A DNA stretch of 64,000 nucleotides from Camelus dromedarius (GCF_036321535.1 NC_087436.1:58840001-58904000); one strand, 5' to 3'; counted from the first letter of the stretch, positions 25,465 to 39,324 are shown. The notes: a model not told the origin generated them from the letters alone. Translations and numbers: made by a program.

Positions 25465-28400
25465 TTTCTCTCTTTCTCTTTCTTTCTCTCTTTCTTCCTT
25501 CCTTTCGTTTTCTTTTCTTTTCTTTCTTTCTTTCTGATTGCTAATTGAATCTCTTTACTTTCATAAATCTATTCAGATTTTTAATTTATTTTTGAGTTAA
25601 TTTCAGTAGTTTATTTCTTCCTCATAATTTGTCCATTTCATCCAAGTGATTGCATTTTTTTGCATACAAATGTGGTACCTTATATTACCTAGTGGTATTA
25701 TTTTATAATCCTTTTTTTATCTTTTAAAGAAAATAGTGAAGTCCCTCTTTCCTTTCTGAATTTAGTAATTTGAATCTTGTTTCTTCTTTCGGGTTACTCT
25801 TCTGTTCTGTTATTTATTATTTATTTCCTTCTCTTGCTTTGGACTTCAATTGTTCCTCTTTTTGGTTTCTTCAGGTGAAAATTTGGGGTGTTCATCTAAG
25901 ATCTTTCTTTTTTAATACAAGTGATTATAGCTATAAATTTCTCTCCATGTACTGCTTTAACTGAATCTCACAAATTTCAGTATGTTATGCTTTTTATTCA
26001 TCACAAAGCATTTTCAAATTTCTCTTGCAATCTATCTTTGGAGCCATTGTTTATTTAAGAGCACATTGTTTATTTTCCACATATTTGTGTAATCCCCAAA
26101 GTGATCTCCTTTATTGATATCATTTAATTTCACTGTGGTTGGAGATTATGTTTTGTATAATTTAAATCATTTAGAATTTATTGAAGCTAATTTTAAAGCC
26201 TAACAAATGGTCAATCCATGTGAATATTCCATATACACTTAAGAATAATATTCTTAAGTATGCACTTTATTATTGGATAGATTATTCAAAAGATATCTAA
26301 GTCTACTTGATTTTTTACTGTTAGTTAATTCTATTTCTATTTCTGTGTTAATCTTCTGCCTGTTTTTTCTATCCCTTATCTAAAGTGGAATATTGAAGTC
26401 TCTGCTGATTATTGTTGAATTGTTTCTCCCCTTCAATTATGTCAGTTTTTGCTTTATATATTTTAGGGCATTATTTTAAGTACATGTATGGTAATTATTA
26501 TATCATACTGGTAGGTTGACCCTTTTATATTATAAAATGTCCTACTTTATCTCTCGTTATCGTTTTTGTCTTTAAGTCTATTTTGCCTGGTACTTACATA
26601 GCAGCTGCAGTTCTTTGTGTGGTGTATCTTTTTCCTTCCTTTCACTTTCACCCTGTTCATGTCTTTGAATCTTAAGTACGTAACTTGGAGACAGCAGTTA
26701 GTTCATGTTTTTTAACACTTTTGTGGAGTCAGCTTTTTTTTTTTTTTTGAGTGTTAAATCCACTTAGATTTAATGTAATTACTGATAAGATGAAACTTAA
26801 GTCTGACATTTTTGCTATTTGCTTTCTGCATATTTTTAGTATTTTTGTACAGTTATACCTTTATTTTACTACTTCATTTTGCTAAATAGATATTTTCTAG
26901 GGTATTTAATTCTCTTTTGTATCCTTATCATATTTTAAAGTTATTTTCTTGGTAGATCTCCTAGAGAATATAATTAACATCTTAACTAAAGCAATGTGGT
27001 TTATATTAAGAGAAGCTGAATTTATATAATGTGCAAAAACTTTGCCCCAGTATAGCTGAATTCTCCACTTCTTTGTCCTATTTTCATATAAATAAGTACT
27101 TTTATGTAGGTTCATCTACATAGTTTTATAATTATTTCTTTGTATTGAAGTGAAGCATTACAAAGAAAAATAAATTTATAATATCTTTTATATTTACCTA
27201 TGCAATCACTTTTACCAGTGCTCTTTATTTCTTCCCATGATTTCAAGTTATTGTATATTGTCTTTTCCTAAAGGACTTATTTTAATATTTCTTATGGGGA
27301 AAGTCTTCTAGTGATGAAATCTCTCAGTTTTTGTTTATTAGGGTGTGTGTTAATGTCTCTTTCAATTTTGAAAGATAGTTTTGCTGAATACAGAATTCTC
27401 AGTTGATATTCGTTTCTTTCATCAGTTTGAATATGTCATCCCACTGCCATCTGGCATCCATTATCCTATGAAGAGTCAGCTGTTAATTTTATTGAGAATT
27501 CCTCTGATGTAATGAGTTGTTTTTCTCTTCCCACTTTTAGCATCCTTTTTGTCTTTGGCTTTTATCAGTTGCACTATGATATGTCTAGATGTGGATCTCT
27601 CTCGTTCATCCTTCTTGGAGTTATTTGAACTTCTTGGATAGGAAGATAAATGTTTTTCATCAAATCTGGAGAACTTTATTTATTTATTTATTCAAATATT
27701 CTTTCTTCTCCGTTCTTTTCTCTTGAGACTACAATTATGCAGGCTCTATTCATTTTTCTTTATTCTTTTTTTCTTTCTGTTCTTCAGATTGGATAACCTT
27801 AATTAACCTCTCCTCAGGTTTACTGTGTGTTTCTTTTCCTATCCATTCCAGTCTGCTGTTTATTGCCTCTAGTGAATATTTCATTTTAGTTATTAGACTT
27901 GTCAACTACAGACTTATTTCTGGTTTTTTTTTTGATAGTTTCTATATTGATTAATATCTGTTTGGTGAGACATTGTTCCTGTAGTCTCCTTATTTCATCA
28001 AACATGATTCCCTTTAGCAATTTGAACATATTTATATAAACTTTGAATATTAAGCCCAATGTCTGAACTTTCTCAGGGGTAATTTCTATTGACTGCCCTT
28101 TCTCCACCTGTACATGGGTCATGATTTTTTTGTTTTTGTCTTTTTGTATACCTCATAAAATTTTATGGAAACTTACACTTTTTAAATAGTATAATGTGGA
28201 TACTGGTTACTCAGATCCTCTTCTCCCCTAAAGTTTGCTGTTATTCTGATTGTTGAGTTGTTTTTATTGTTCTTATTGCTATTTGTTTGTTGTGTGCCTT
28301 TCCTGGACTAATTCTATAAGGTCTATATTCTTTGTCTTGTGTGGACACTGAAGGTTCTGCTTGGTTAGCTTCATTTTCATTTTTAGCTAATGATTTGAAA

Positions 28401-29250
28401 GGGATTTCCTTAAATGCTTTGAGCTGGTAAGTCTCCCAGTCTTAGAAAAGAGCCCTGTGTTTGTATTGTTGTTTGCTTTCAGTGTAGGAAGGCAGTTTAT
28501 AGCTCTACCTTAGCTTTCATTTATTTCCTCCTTGTCAGAACTTCAAGATCAGACAGAGCTGAGAGATGAAATCTTTTGTTTTTCTTTTGTGAACACACAA
28601 GCCTTAACCCTTCACATGGACATTGTCTTCTTGATTTCCAGGAATAAGTTAGAGGTTTAAAAGGCCCCTGTTGATCTCATTCTCCATTTTTTACTTTTAA
28701 GTTTCTGGTCACCCTCTTCTTAGTACCAATTATTGTCACATCAAGCAGGTGAGATTTTAAACAGTTTCCACTGATTGTTTCAAATAAAGACCCATGGTAT
28801 AGACTGTTTGCCATGAACAAGCTCTGAGTCAAGTGAAATAAAGACAAATCCTGAGATTTAAGCTTTTGGGGAACTGTACAGACAGGTAAGTAGTGACAGT
28901 GATCTGGGAGGGAACTTTAAAGGGATTTCTTAATCCATTCTGCCCCCTCCAATGGCTGCTAGGCTCCTGGTTTTCACGGTTACCACTAGCCAGGCTATTG
29001 CTTTTCAGGACTACTGTGCAGTGGGGATTAAAGGGTGGGCGTTGGGCTTGTTGTGACTCCTCGTACCTCACTCATCTTACTGAGATTTAATCTTTGTATT
29101 GAAAATGTCTTCTCAGGTTGTTTTAAGCATTTGGTTAATTTCTAGAGTTCTGAATTGGTTAATTTTGTCAGTTTTAACCAGAATTATCATTGTTTTTTAT
29201 GGAGAAACAGCTTTTCAAAGGTCTTGCTCTGCCATTCCTGAAGCGCTTCT
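24185..29250 (-). mobile_element. Old, largely complete but internally deleted LINE-1 (3'UTR, ORF2, ORF1, 5'UTR)
   Basis: Antisense 3'UTR 24185-24550; ORF2 RT/EN-like text to ~26600; ORF1-like 27300-28100 (ttttgctgaatacagaattctcagttga); 5' terminus-like ctctgccattcctgaag. Confidence 0.8.
25270..25535. repeat. Compound (TTCC)n/(TTTC)n polypyrimidine microsatellite
   Basis: ~265 bp of almost pure pyrimidine, with a perfect (TTTC)n core at ~25387-25464. Confidence 0.97.
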
Positions 29251-30519
29251 TCTCCAAATATATTTTCAGTTTACATGTCTAATATTCACCCAAATATTCT
29301 TAATACTCAGGTTCTGAAGTAAATAAAAATGTCTGAAGTGGGAGAAATCCAAATCAAATATATCACACTATCCTGGCTTATTAGATATAAGGGTGAATTT
29401 ACTGTGGCTCTGAATCTAACAGGAACCCTTGGTTTTTCTCTCATTCTGGAAAAAAAAATGTCACATAGTGTGAAAACAAAATGAACAGCATGTTCTTTAG
29501 TTTGAAATTTTTGTAAATTGCTTTCTAGATCTGGAACTTGTTCAGACCACTGTTAACAGATTAAATTCCACCTTCTTTAATAAAAGAATAATGTGCTCTC
29601 TATGGTGAACAAGTGTCGTAGCTCAATTCTGTATTCAAATTGATGCTCCTCATGGTGGAGTATATATTTTCTTTATATAACTACCAAATTGCAGAACTAC
29701 CAGATGCTCCTGCTTATAAACAAGTCTGCATCTAAACGTTATCTGCTTAACTTACATCCAGAAAAAAGAACCTATATGTCCCCCATAAAGAAAACTGTTA
29801 CAGTGCCTCATAACCAAGATGTATGGCTCTGTATCTCTTTGCCACCTTAAAAAAATATTTTCCCTGTACAAAATTAAGAGAAAAATCCCTATATGGTTCA
29901 TCATGGAAGACACAAAAATCTACTCTGAAATTATGTGATCCTAATTATAAGGTGGGGAAAATATACTTAAGGTATTATTATCACTATTTTTACTTGCAAA
30001 TCATTAACTTCATAATTTACAGGTAAGAAATAATTGTTTTACCCACTTCTTATGATTTCCTTTTCATTTTTAGTGTTTTATTTACTCCTCCACCTGCCCA
30101 TTATCAGCCAGTTGGTTTCTGTATATATTCAGTGATTCATAACGTCATTTATTTACATCATTACTATTAGATATCAGCTGTAAGCTCTTTAAAGGAAGAA
30201 ACTAGATCTTATTTTTGTTTGCCTGATTTCTACCACATTGGCTGTAGGGGAGAACAGATATAAAAACAGAAAAATATAAAACCATGCATTATTTTAGTAT
30301 TACACATTTAACTTTGAGATTAAAAATTTGTTTTTCCATACGAAACTGCTAATGTATAATAAGCATTTTTGATTTTCTAAAATGGAACATCATGTGATCC
30401 ACCTTAATATAATTATTGTGGGATGGGTAAAAGATCAGACACCAATTCATAGAACAGGTGAAATTTGACCTCACTTCAGGATTTATTTTGGAAGCAGGGA
30501 ATTTGATGATTATCACCTT

Positions 30520-31135
30520 AATGTATCTGCACCCGCATGTTCATTGCAACATTATTCACAATAGTTAAGACATGGAAAAAGGCTTTATGTCCAATAATGG
30601 ATGAAAGGATAAAGAAAATGTGACACAGACAGACATACAGCACACACACTGGAATAAACATGATTTAGAAATAATAAAGAAGAAAGTTGGCCTTTTGTGA
30701 CACATGGATAGAGCGTCAAGGCACTATACATAGTGAAATGAGTCAGACAGACAAGAACAAATACTGTATGGTCTCACCTATCTGTGGAATCTGAAAATAG
30801 TGAACTCATAAAAATAGAGAGTAGAATGGTGGTTGCCAGGAGTCTGGGGTGGGGGAAATAAGGAGATATTGATCAAAGCATATAAACTGCTAGTTATAAA
30901 TTGAATAAGTTCTGGGGATCTAGTTTAAACATGGTAAATATAGTTAATGATACTGTATTATTTACTAAAAACTTGCTAAGAGAGTAAATCTTAAATGTCT
31001 CCACAAAAAGGAAATTGTGAGGTGAGGGAGGTTTAACTAACCCTATTGTGGCAATCATTTCACAATATACTTGTGTATCAAATCATCATGTTGTATGTTA
31101 CACAATGTATCAGTTATTTCTCAAGCTGAAAAATA
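30520..31135 (+). mobile_element. LINE-1 3' end (L1MA9-like)
   Basis: tgcacccgcatgttcattgcaacattattcacaatag..gagagtagaatggtggttgccagg..aagttctggggatcta.. Confidence 0.88.
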
Positions 31136-31261
31136 TGTAAAATAATAATGTTTAATAAAATGCAGTTTCCTTTTTCCCCCTTGAATTTACTTGTAATTAA
31201 GTATTATAGTTTATAATAGATAAAAGTTGTTCATTTCTAGACAGTTAAAATTCATACCACA

Positions 31262-31680
31262 TACATCAGTTAAGATGATTTCCACTGGAAGAAACTGAAA
31301 ACCTGACTTAAACTGGCCCAATGAGTGAGGACATTTTAAGCCTGCAACTAGGAATCCAGAGGCATGTGTGCATCAGGATCAGCCTAATTAGGTGCTTCCA
31401 TTTTATTATGATTCCCTCATGTATATTTTTTTAATTTTCTGGCTTCATGTCTTATCCCATGATGCACAAAAAACAATGGAGGCCCTCTTTTATATTTGCT
31501 TTCTCTTGAATGTGATTCCTTCCCAGAAATCCTTCCCAGACTATTTATGTATCTAGTCCCATGGTTAGGATATCTGCTAGTTAATTAGCTTAGACCTCAT
31601 TTCTGAACCAGTCTGTGCTAAGAGTTAAGTATATGCTTAGACTCTTCGGACTACTCCAGGAAACACCGGTTTATGCCTTC
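31262..31680. mobile_element. Old MaLR/ERVL LTR remnant (MLT1K/L-like)
   Basis: cagttaagatg..gaaaacctgacttaaactggc..aggaatccagaggc. Confidence 0.45.
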
Positions 31681-32079
31681 GCATGAGAGATATAATGCCA
31701 TTGGCTATTAAAATCAATGTGCATTTTCTATTCACTGCAATGAAAGAAGAAAATGACAGGCACATTTCAGCTAACTGCTAACTCATGATATGCAGTGAAA
31801 TGTAGAAAGACTCTATGGGAGAATTAAAGAGACTCTTTGGCTTTGAGGAAAAATTTGCTAAAAATCATTCCGAAAACCCGAATGGGAAAACATTTTAATG
31901 ACTAGGTAAATGTTCATCTAATGTACAAAACTGGGTATGACATCTAAAATTGGGCTACTATATTTCAAGATAAAATATATAATTTGAAGCAAAGCCCAAT
32001 TTGTGCTCTATGTCTCTGACAGGATAGAATGCAGTGCTTTGAGAACTATTATTGCAGGGAAATAAGATTTCTCCTCTTG

Positions 32080-32747
32080 TTATAACTTCCTGTGACTCAT
32101 TTGGGAATTTGTGTTTCTATGTGCACAACTGTAGTCACCACCGGAATGAAGAAACTAATTCCTAAAGTGTGGGGAGTGGTGGCTTCGGGGGGAAAGCAGG
32201 GAGGGGAAGCATGCTTCCCTCAGGGAGCCCAAGTAAGGGTCCATTAATCCTGACCCTTAGGATCATGGCTACTGCTTTGTCATTTTGGACTCCTCTTGAC
32301 AGTAGACAAACAGGCAGGAAAAAGGAGTTTTATGAAGTCTTTAATGTCTACATTCATTAATATTATCTTGAATGCCAACATGAAGATTCTGGAACAGGGG
32401 AAATTATAATTACACATATACAGTATTACTGCTTATGACTCCCTTCACCCTTATTCTTATCCCTGGGGTGAAGTGAGAAGAACCAGCTATCCTCTTACGT
32501 GTAACAGGAAAAACTGTAGGTGAGGATCACAAAAACATAAAACTGGCATTTATAGAGGATAAGAAGCAGCTGTTCCTTCTCTCCTTCTAAGAGTCTCTTT
32601 GGAAATATAAGGGATCCTGGGTCCTCACACATTGGAATCTAAATAAATTTTCCTAGGGGAAGACAAGACTTGTGTAAACAGCTTTACAACTCAAGGGTTA
32701 TCTCCATACCTCTAAGAGTAAGTGGATCTGAATATTTGAGAGGTGAA
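32080..32747 (+). mobile_element. ERVL internal 3' region (dUTPase-region remnant)
   Basis: gggaatttgtgtttct..gcatgcttccctcagggagcccaagtaagggtccattaa..gtcattttggactcctc..acaaacaggcaggaaaaaggagtt resembles the ERVL post-integrase region. Confidence 0.55.
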
Positions 32748-33050
32748 ATGTAGCAAACACTGTATCACATCTAGGTCCTATCAGTGAGCTCCAGACCATT
32801 TCTAGCTGACAACACTTGCATTTCTTTGCTTAAAAGTTTGTTTTTACTGAAGACTTGGAAGTTACTTTGCACAGGTAACAGATTTGAATATCAGGATAAT
32901 TAATACTCCTTGAGAGCATATCTATGTCATGATTTAAGGAATCTGAATTAAAAAACCCAGCTCTTTAGCTCTTGTTGAGAGAAGCCTGTTTTCATGTCAT
33001 TTCTCAAAGTTTTTCTGTGGAATTACATTTTTAAATGGTGTAATTATCCT
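32748..33050 (+). mobile_element. LTR16-like LTR, degenerate
   Basis: Starts tgtagcaaacactg after purine-rich gagaggtgaaa; contains ttgcatttctttgct..ggataattaatactccttgagagca. Confidence 0.4.
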
Positions 33051-33099
33051 TACTGATGGCATTACTAGAGCAACTTCTAGGTACCTTATCCCACAAGAG

Positions 33100-34445
33100 A
33101 TCTGTGGTGATGGTTAATAGATCTTGTTCTTTTTTTGATACTATGGATGCTGAGTAGGATGTGGACATATGTAACTTAAAAGTATAGCTGACAAACAGAG
33201 GGCTGATCTTGGATCCCCAGATGAAAAACTGTTATAACTCACCTGATTTTCAGACCTGAGCTCAAACCCTGAGCATTTGGATTGAAGTGGAACCTAGATC
33301 TCTTCAGCAAAGGACATGTGACACCACTTATTGTAAACCCTCCTTCCATAGACGTCTGCTGCCATTTAGTAGAGTAACTGTACACTTAGAAAATAATACA
33401 CAAAATTCTTTCACATGGTAGTGGATGCTAGCTATTAACTCCTTCTGATATCAGAAGAACAGAAATATCACCATTTCTTGGTTTCCAAGAATGCATATTT
33501 AGGAATGATAATACTAAACAAATGGCAGATTGTCTACTGTGGAGTCTACCATAAGTACTAAGAGTCTATGTCAAAAAGGGCAAAACAAAAGCCTCAGAAA
33601 CTTCCCCTATTTCAGGCTAAAATGATAAAAAAAAATCAGAAGCAGTACTGGATCCTAGAAAAATTTACAGTGAGTAATACCATCCTCAAGAAAATGAAGA
33701 TCTTCATCCTCAAAGAATTAAATGCAGTGATTCCCAGCAGATCCCAGTTTAATTCACATGTACATTCCTCTGGGGAAAAGAAAATGAATTGTGGCAAATG
33801 ATGAAATATTAAGTGGTAGCCCCAAATCTTAGCTGCATTGCTGGGTATGGTACCTTTACTGGAACTGAACAAGACAGCCTCTGCTTCATGGATTGTGGCT
33901 GTTGATCTGGGAAATAATTTATTTTAGTCAACTTCAGGAATAGGGATTAAAAGTATTCACATTCACCTGGGAGGGAGAGCAGTGCACGTTAACTTCCTGT
34001 GCTAAGTTGATGTTAATTCTTCTTCTTAGTCCCATGATAGTTCACAGGAACCCGGCTTTTCTTGCCTTACGTTGGCTTACCATTTTGATGAGTCATTCTA
34101 ACATGACCTTGTTAAGAAGAAGCAAGTACTTTGGATTTTGTAGCATAAAACATATGTGGAAAGAATGAGAGATAGATACTGTAAAGATTTAGGTCCTGCT
34201 ACAAATATGGTTTAATAGTCTGGGGCATTTGGGGACAGCTCTCCAAAGTATAAGAAAACTTATTGCACGTTTTATTCTCACTGCTTATAAAGATAAACCG
34301 AGCTCTGGGGTCTTCTCTCAATTTCCGAGGCAGCCTATAAATGTACTTGAAAATGCAGCTGGGTGACTCAGAATACTGTTAGTTTTGAGTTGGGCCCAGG
34401 GCAAGCAAATACCTTGCAGTGAGTTGCAGGCCATGCTATCCTGCT
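33100..34445 (+). pseudogene. Degenerate ERVL gag-protease-RT remnant (HERV16/ERV3-16-like)
   Basis: Degenerate ERVL motifs: PFSRVTVH and DASY (cf. PFTRVTVH..LLDTGSEL); VIPSRSQFNS (ORF 33568); AVDLGN; FTWEGEQ; multiple stops and frameshifts. Confidence 0.75.
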
Positions 34446-34449
34446 CCTT

Positions 34450-34850
34450 GGGCCCATGTGCTGCTACTCTCTCATCTCGAGCACACACTGCATCTTACTA
34501 CATTCTGCCCCAGAGCCTAAACTAATGCTTTAATTCCACCTCCACTTAAGCACAATCCAAAGGTAGAAGGTGGTTAAGGTACCAGGAACATTCCTCACCA
34601 AATGAGTGTTAAGTGCTGGTTTATAAATGCCCTGGACTTCCATCTTTAAGATACAAAATCTTAATGTGTATTTTGTAAAATAAAGGTGTTACAAGAGTTT
34701 GGAGCAAAACAGAGCCTCTGTTGTTACAAAACAACCTCAACCACAGTTATGCATCCTTATCTTTGGCTTTCCTCTTTCCTGTCTCACTCTCTCAACTCCT
34801 TCGCTTTTGCATGTCTTGGGATAACGAACCAAATAAATCACAAGAGAACC
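34450..34850 (+). mobile_element. LTR16-like ERVL LTR
   Basis: ataaatgccctggacttcc..ttggctttcctctttcctgtctcactctctcaactcc..cttgggataacgaaccaaataaatcac. Confidence 0.7.
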
Positions 34851-34879
34851 ATGAAGAATTGTCTCCAAACATGGAGTTA

Positions 34880-37800
34880 CTGATTTTTAAAAATTATTTA
34901 TTTTTTCCTATCTTATTAATTTATAATATTATAATTTTTATCTTTCTATTTTCTTTTGGTTCATCTGCTTTTATTTTTCTAACTTATAAGATGGTTAGTG
35001 AGCCCATTGAATTCTAGACTTTCTTCTTCCTAACTTACACAGTAAAGGCTATTGATTTCCCTCCAATCACAACTGTACAACATTTGGATGTGTTGAATTT
35101 CCATTATTACACAGTTAAACTATTTTCTAATTTCCATTATGATTTATAAATAGAAAACTTAATTAGCAAACATTTGGAAATTTCTTCTTTAATGTTTTTT
35201 ATTGTTACTGATTTCAAGCTTAATTTCGTCATGCTCATATTATACATTTCATTTAATTTCACCCTATGGCAGTTTTTTGAGACATCTTAGAGGCTAATTT
35301 GAGGTCTGTTTGGGTAAGTGGTCCATGGGCATGTGAAAATAATGTCTACCTGTTATTAATTAATTCTATATGTGTCAATTAGATCAGGATTTTTCATCTT
35401 GAGAATACTTCTATGTTATCCTTTTTTTTTTCTTGGTCTGCTTATGCTTATTCTGTTGATTACTTGAAAAATTTTCTAAATCTCCCATTCTGATTATTAA
35501 CCTGTTAATTTCTCCTTTTAGTTCTGTCCTTTTGCTCTATATAGTTTGAAGGTATATAATTTGGGTACAAATGCACTTTAAATTGTTATAATTTTCTGGT
35601 GGATTAACTTTCTTTATTATCTTGGAAATATGATTAACAATACTACTTATTCCAATCTATGAGCACAGTTTATCTTTCCATTTGCCTGTGTTTAATTTCT
35701 TTCATCACTGTCTTACAGTTTTCAGAATACAAATATTTTATCTCTGGTTAGATTTATTCATAGGTATTTTATACTACTTGATACAATGATAAATGGTGTG
35801 GTTTTCTTAATTTCCCTTTCTGATAGTTTGTTGTTAGTGCACAGAAATGCAGCAGATTTCTATATTTGGTTTTGTATCCTGTAACTTTACTGACTGAATT
35901 TTTAAATTTTGACAATTTTGGGGTGGTGTCCTTAGGGCTTTCTGTATATACTATGATGTCATTTGCAAATAGTGAGAGTTTAGTTCTTGCCTTTTGATTT
36001 GGATGCCTTTTTTTCTTCTTGCATAATTACTGTGGATAGAACTTCCAATACTAGATTGAATAAAAGTGGTTAGAATGGACATCCTTGTCTCCTTCATGAT
36101 CTTAGAAGAAAAGTTTTCAAATTTTTGCTATTATGTATGAAGTTAGGTTTGGATTTGTCATATAAGGCCTTTAAGACACTGAGGTTCATTTCCTTTATAC
36201 CAACTTTGTTGAGAATTTTTAATCATAAGTTGTTGTTGAATTTTGTCAAATATTTCTCTGCATCCATTGAGATAACTACATAATTTCTATCCTTCATTTT
36301 GGTAATATAGTATATCATGTTTATTGATTTATGGATATTGAACCATCCTTGTATCCCTGGGATAAATCCCTCTTGATCATGGTGTGTGATCCTTTTAATG
36401 CATTGTTGAATTTGGTTTGCTGATATTTTGTTGAGAATTTTTGCATCAGTGATACTGGCTTGTAATTTCCTTTGTGTGTGTGTGTGTGTATTCTTGTCTG
36501 GTTTTGGTATCAGAGTGATGCTGGCCTTAGAGAATGAGTTTGGAAGTGTTCCTTCCTCTAATTTTTTTTAATAGTTTGCCAAGAATAGGTGTTAACTGTT
36601 CTTTATGTGTTTTGCAGAATTCATCTGTGAAGCCATCTGGTCTTGGACTTTTGTTTATTGGGAACTTTTTGATTACTGATTTAATTTTACTACTGGTAAT
36701 TGGTCTGTTCATATAATGTATTTCCTTCTGATTCAGTCTTGGGAAATATAATTATCTAGGAACATATCCATTTATTCTAGGTTGTCCAATTTATTGGAGT
36801 ATAATTGTACTTGGTAATCTCTTACAATCCTTTCTGTTCCTTCAGTGTCACTTGTAACTTACCTTTCTTTTTGGGTTTTGTTTATTTGGGTCCTCTCTCT
36901 TTTTCCTTGATAAGTCTGGAAAAAGTTTTATCAATCTTGTTTATCTTTGCAAGGAACCAGGTCTTAGTTTCATTGATCTATTATATTGTTTTTTTTAGTC
37001 TCTATTTCATTTATTTCTGCTCTGATTTTTCTTCTTTCCTTCTACTAGCTTTGGGTTTTGTTTGTTTTTCCTTTTTCTAGTTCCTTTAGGTGAAAGGCTA
37101 GACTGTTTATGTGAGATTTTTCTTGTCTCCTGAGGTAGGCTTGGATTGCTCTGTTTCCCTCTTAGAATTGTTTTTGCATAGATTTGGATCATATTTTTTC
37201 ATTTTCATTGTCTCAAGGCATTTTAAAATTTCCTCTTTGATTTCTCCAGTGATACATTTGTTGGTTAGTAGCATGTTGTTTAGAATTCAATTGTTTGTGG
37301 TTTTTGCAGTTTTTTCCCCCTATCCTTTAATTCTAGTCTTATACAACTGTGATTAGATAAGATGCTTGTTATGATTTGAATCTTCTTATATTTATTGAGA
37401 TTTGTTTTGTGTCCTAGCATGTGACTGAGATACCCTAGAGGATATTCCATGTTCCCTTCAAAAGTGTGGGTATTCATCTTCTTTTGGATGAAATGTTCTG
37501 TATATGTCTATTAAATAAATCTCACTTAACATGCTGTTTAAGGCCATGCTTGTTGATTTTCTATTTGGATGATCTGTCCATTGATGTAAGTGGGGTGTTA
37601 AAGTCCCCTACTATTATTGTACTTATGTCGATTTCTCCCTTTATGTTCATTAATATTTGCTTTATGTACCTAGGTACTCCCATGTCAGTTTTTATATATT
37701 TACAATAGTTATATCTTCTTGGATTGATTTCCTCATCATTATGTAATGTCCTTCTTTGTCTCTTGTTACAGTCTTTGTTTTAAATATGATTTTGTCTGAT

Positions 37801-39320
37801 CTATCTGCATGGCTGTCTGTGCAGCCTAGGGCAGCTAGGAGTGGTACCAGCCTGCCAGTGGGTTGAGCTCAGTTTTGGTGCTAATAGGCTAGAGAGAAGA
37901 TTTCAAAATGGTGCTTGCCATTGCCTATGTTACCATGGTAGATTAAGCTCCCCAAAATTGCTGGCTCCAGTGTTTCCTCCCCCAGAAAGAGTTTCAGTTG
38001 CCTTCTGCCTCTCTATACCCTCTCCAAGATCAGTAAGTGGGTCAGACCCAGGCTCCTTTCAAACTACTGTCTCTGTGCTAGAACTTGGAACTTGTGAGAT
38101 TTTTGCATGCACCCTTTCAGAGCAGAGTCTCTGTTTCCTGTAGTCCTCCTGCTCTCCCAAACATAAGTCCTGCTGACTTTTAAAACTAACATTCCAAGGG
38201 CTCATTTTCCTGGTGCAGGACCCGAGGGCTGAATAGCTGATGTGGGGCTTGGACCCGTTGCTCCTTGGGAAAGACCTCTACATTTGTGATATTTCTCCCA
38301 TATATGGGTCTCCAACCCAAGGATGTAGGTTCTAACAATACGGTAACTCAGTTCCTCATCATGGTTCCTTCTCTATGTCTTTAATTGTGGAAAACCTTTT
38401 CTGCTAGTCGTCAGGTTGTTTTCATAGATAGTTGCTCTGTAAGTAGTTATAATTTTGGTGTGGGAAGAGGTGAGTTCAGGGTCTTCCTACTACACCATCT
38501 TGGCTAAGAATTCTCTAGAAAATCCATATTCTTAAGCACTGTCTGCCTTGTATATATTTTTGTCACTCTTTAAAGCATCTGTGCCTTTAAACTGAAATGG
38601 TGTCTCTATAAGCAGCATATGATTGGATATTTCTTTGTTTTGTTTTCATTTTTTAAAGGATTCAGGTTGACAAGTCTTATTATTTAATTCATTTATACTC
38701 AAAATAATTATTATTAGGTTAGGCCTTATCTATCATAATACTGCTTGATTTCTATACTGAACTTACGATAATTTTCTCATTTTTCCTTTATTTTGGATAA
38801 ATAAAATAATTTAAAAGTTCATTTCTTTTCTCTCTCCATTAGCTTGTTTTATAAATCATTTTAATTTGATGTTTTTAATCATTTTGTTTGATGCTTTAAT
38901 ATTACTACACTTATTCTTGATTTATTAGTACTTCCAAATACACTTACAATTTAGATTTTTCAAGACTCTCTGTACAATTATAGGACTAGGAAACACTCAC
39001 TCCATTTAAATCCCTTGTGTCTGTTGTATTACTACCGTGCATTTAAATTTTTCATATGATCTCTATACTTTAATAATTGTTTTACGCAATTGTTTTATTT
39101 TTATGTATTCACATTGGATTCTTTCCATTGTTCTTCAGTCCTTCCCACATTTCTGTGTTTTCTATCTGTGGTAATTTTCTTTCTATCTGAAGAATGCACT
39201 TTAGTATTATTTTTAGTGTGGTTCTACTGGCGTCATATTCTGTCACCTTTTTTTTTTTTAATCTAGTAATGTCTTTATTTCACATTACCTCTGTAGTTAA
39301 CTAGTATGTATTTCTAGGTT
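34880..39320 (-). mobile_element. Old LINE-1 (L1ME/MD-like) ORF2-ORF1 remnant hosting a younger L1 at ~35630-38510
   Basis: Antisense EN-like text 34880-35620; continues 38520-39320 (gtgtctctataagcagcatatgattgg, aatgtctttatttcac). Confidence 0.7.
35630..38510 (-). mobile_element. LINE-1: 5'UTR (37801-38510) fused to ORF2 EN-Z-RT (35630-37800); ORF1 absent, 3' part absent
   Basis: ORF track NRPITSSKIKSVIKKFPINKSPRPDGFTDEF and HMLGHKTNLNKYKKI; L1 start caagatggtgtagtaggaagaccctgaactcacc on the minus strand. Confidence 0.88.
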
Positions 39321-39324
39321 GTAT

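Noticed and set aside
25249..25548. Phe/Leu/Ser-rich ORFs resembling membrane proteins
   Set aside because: They are translations of the (TTTC)/(TTCC) microsatellite
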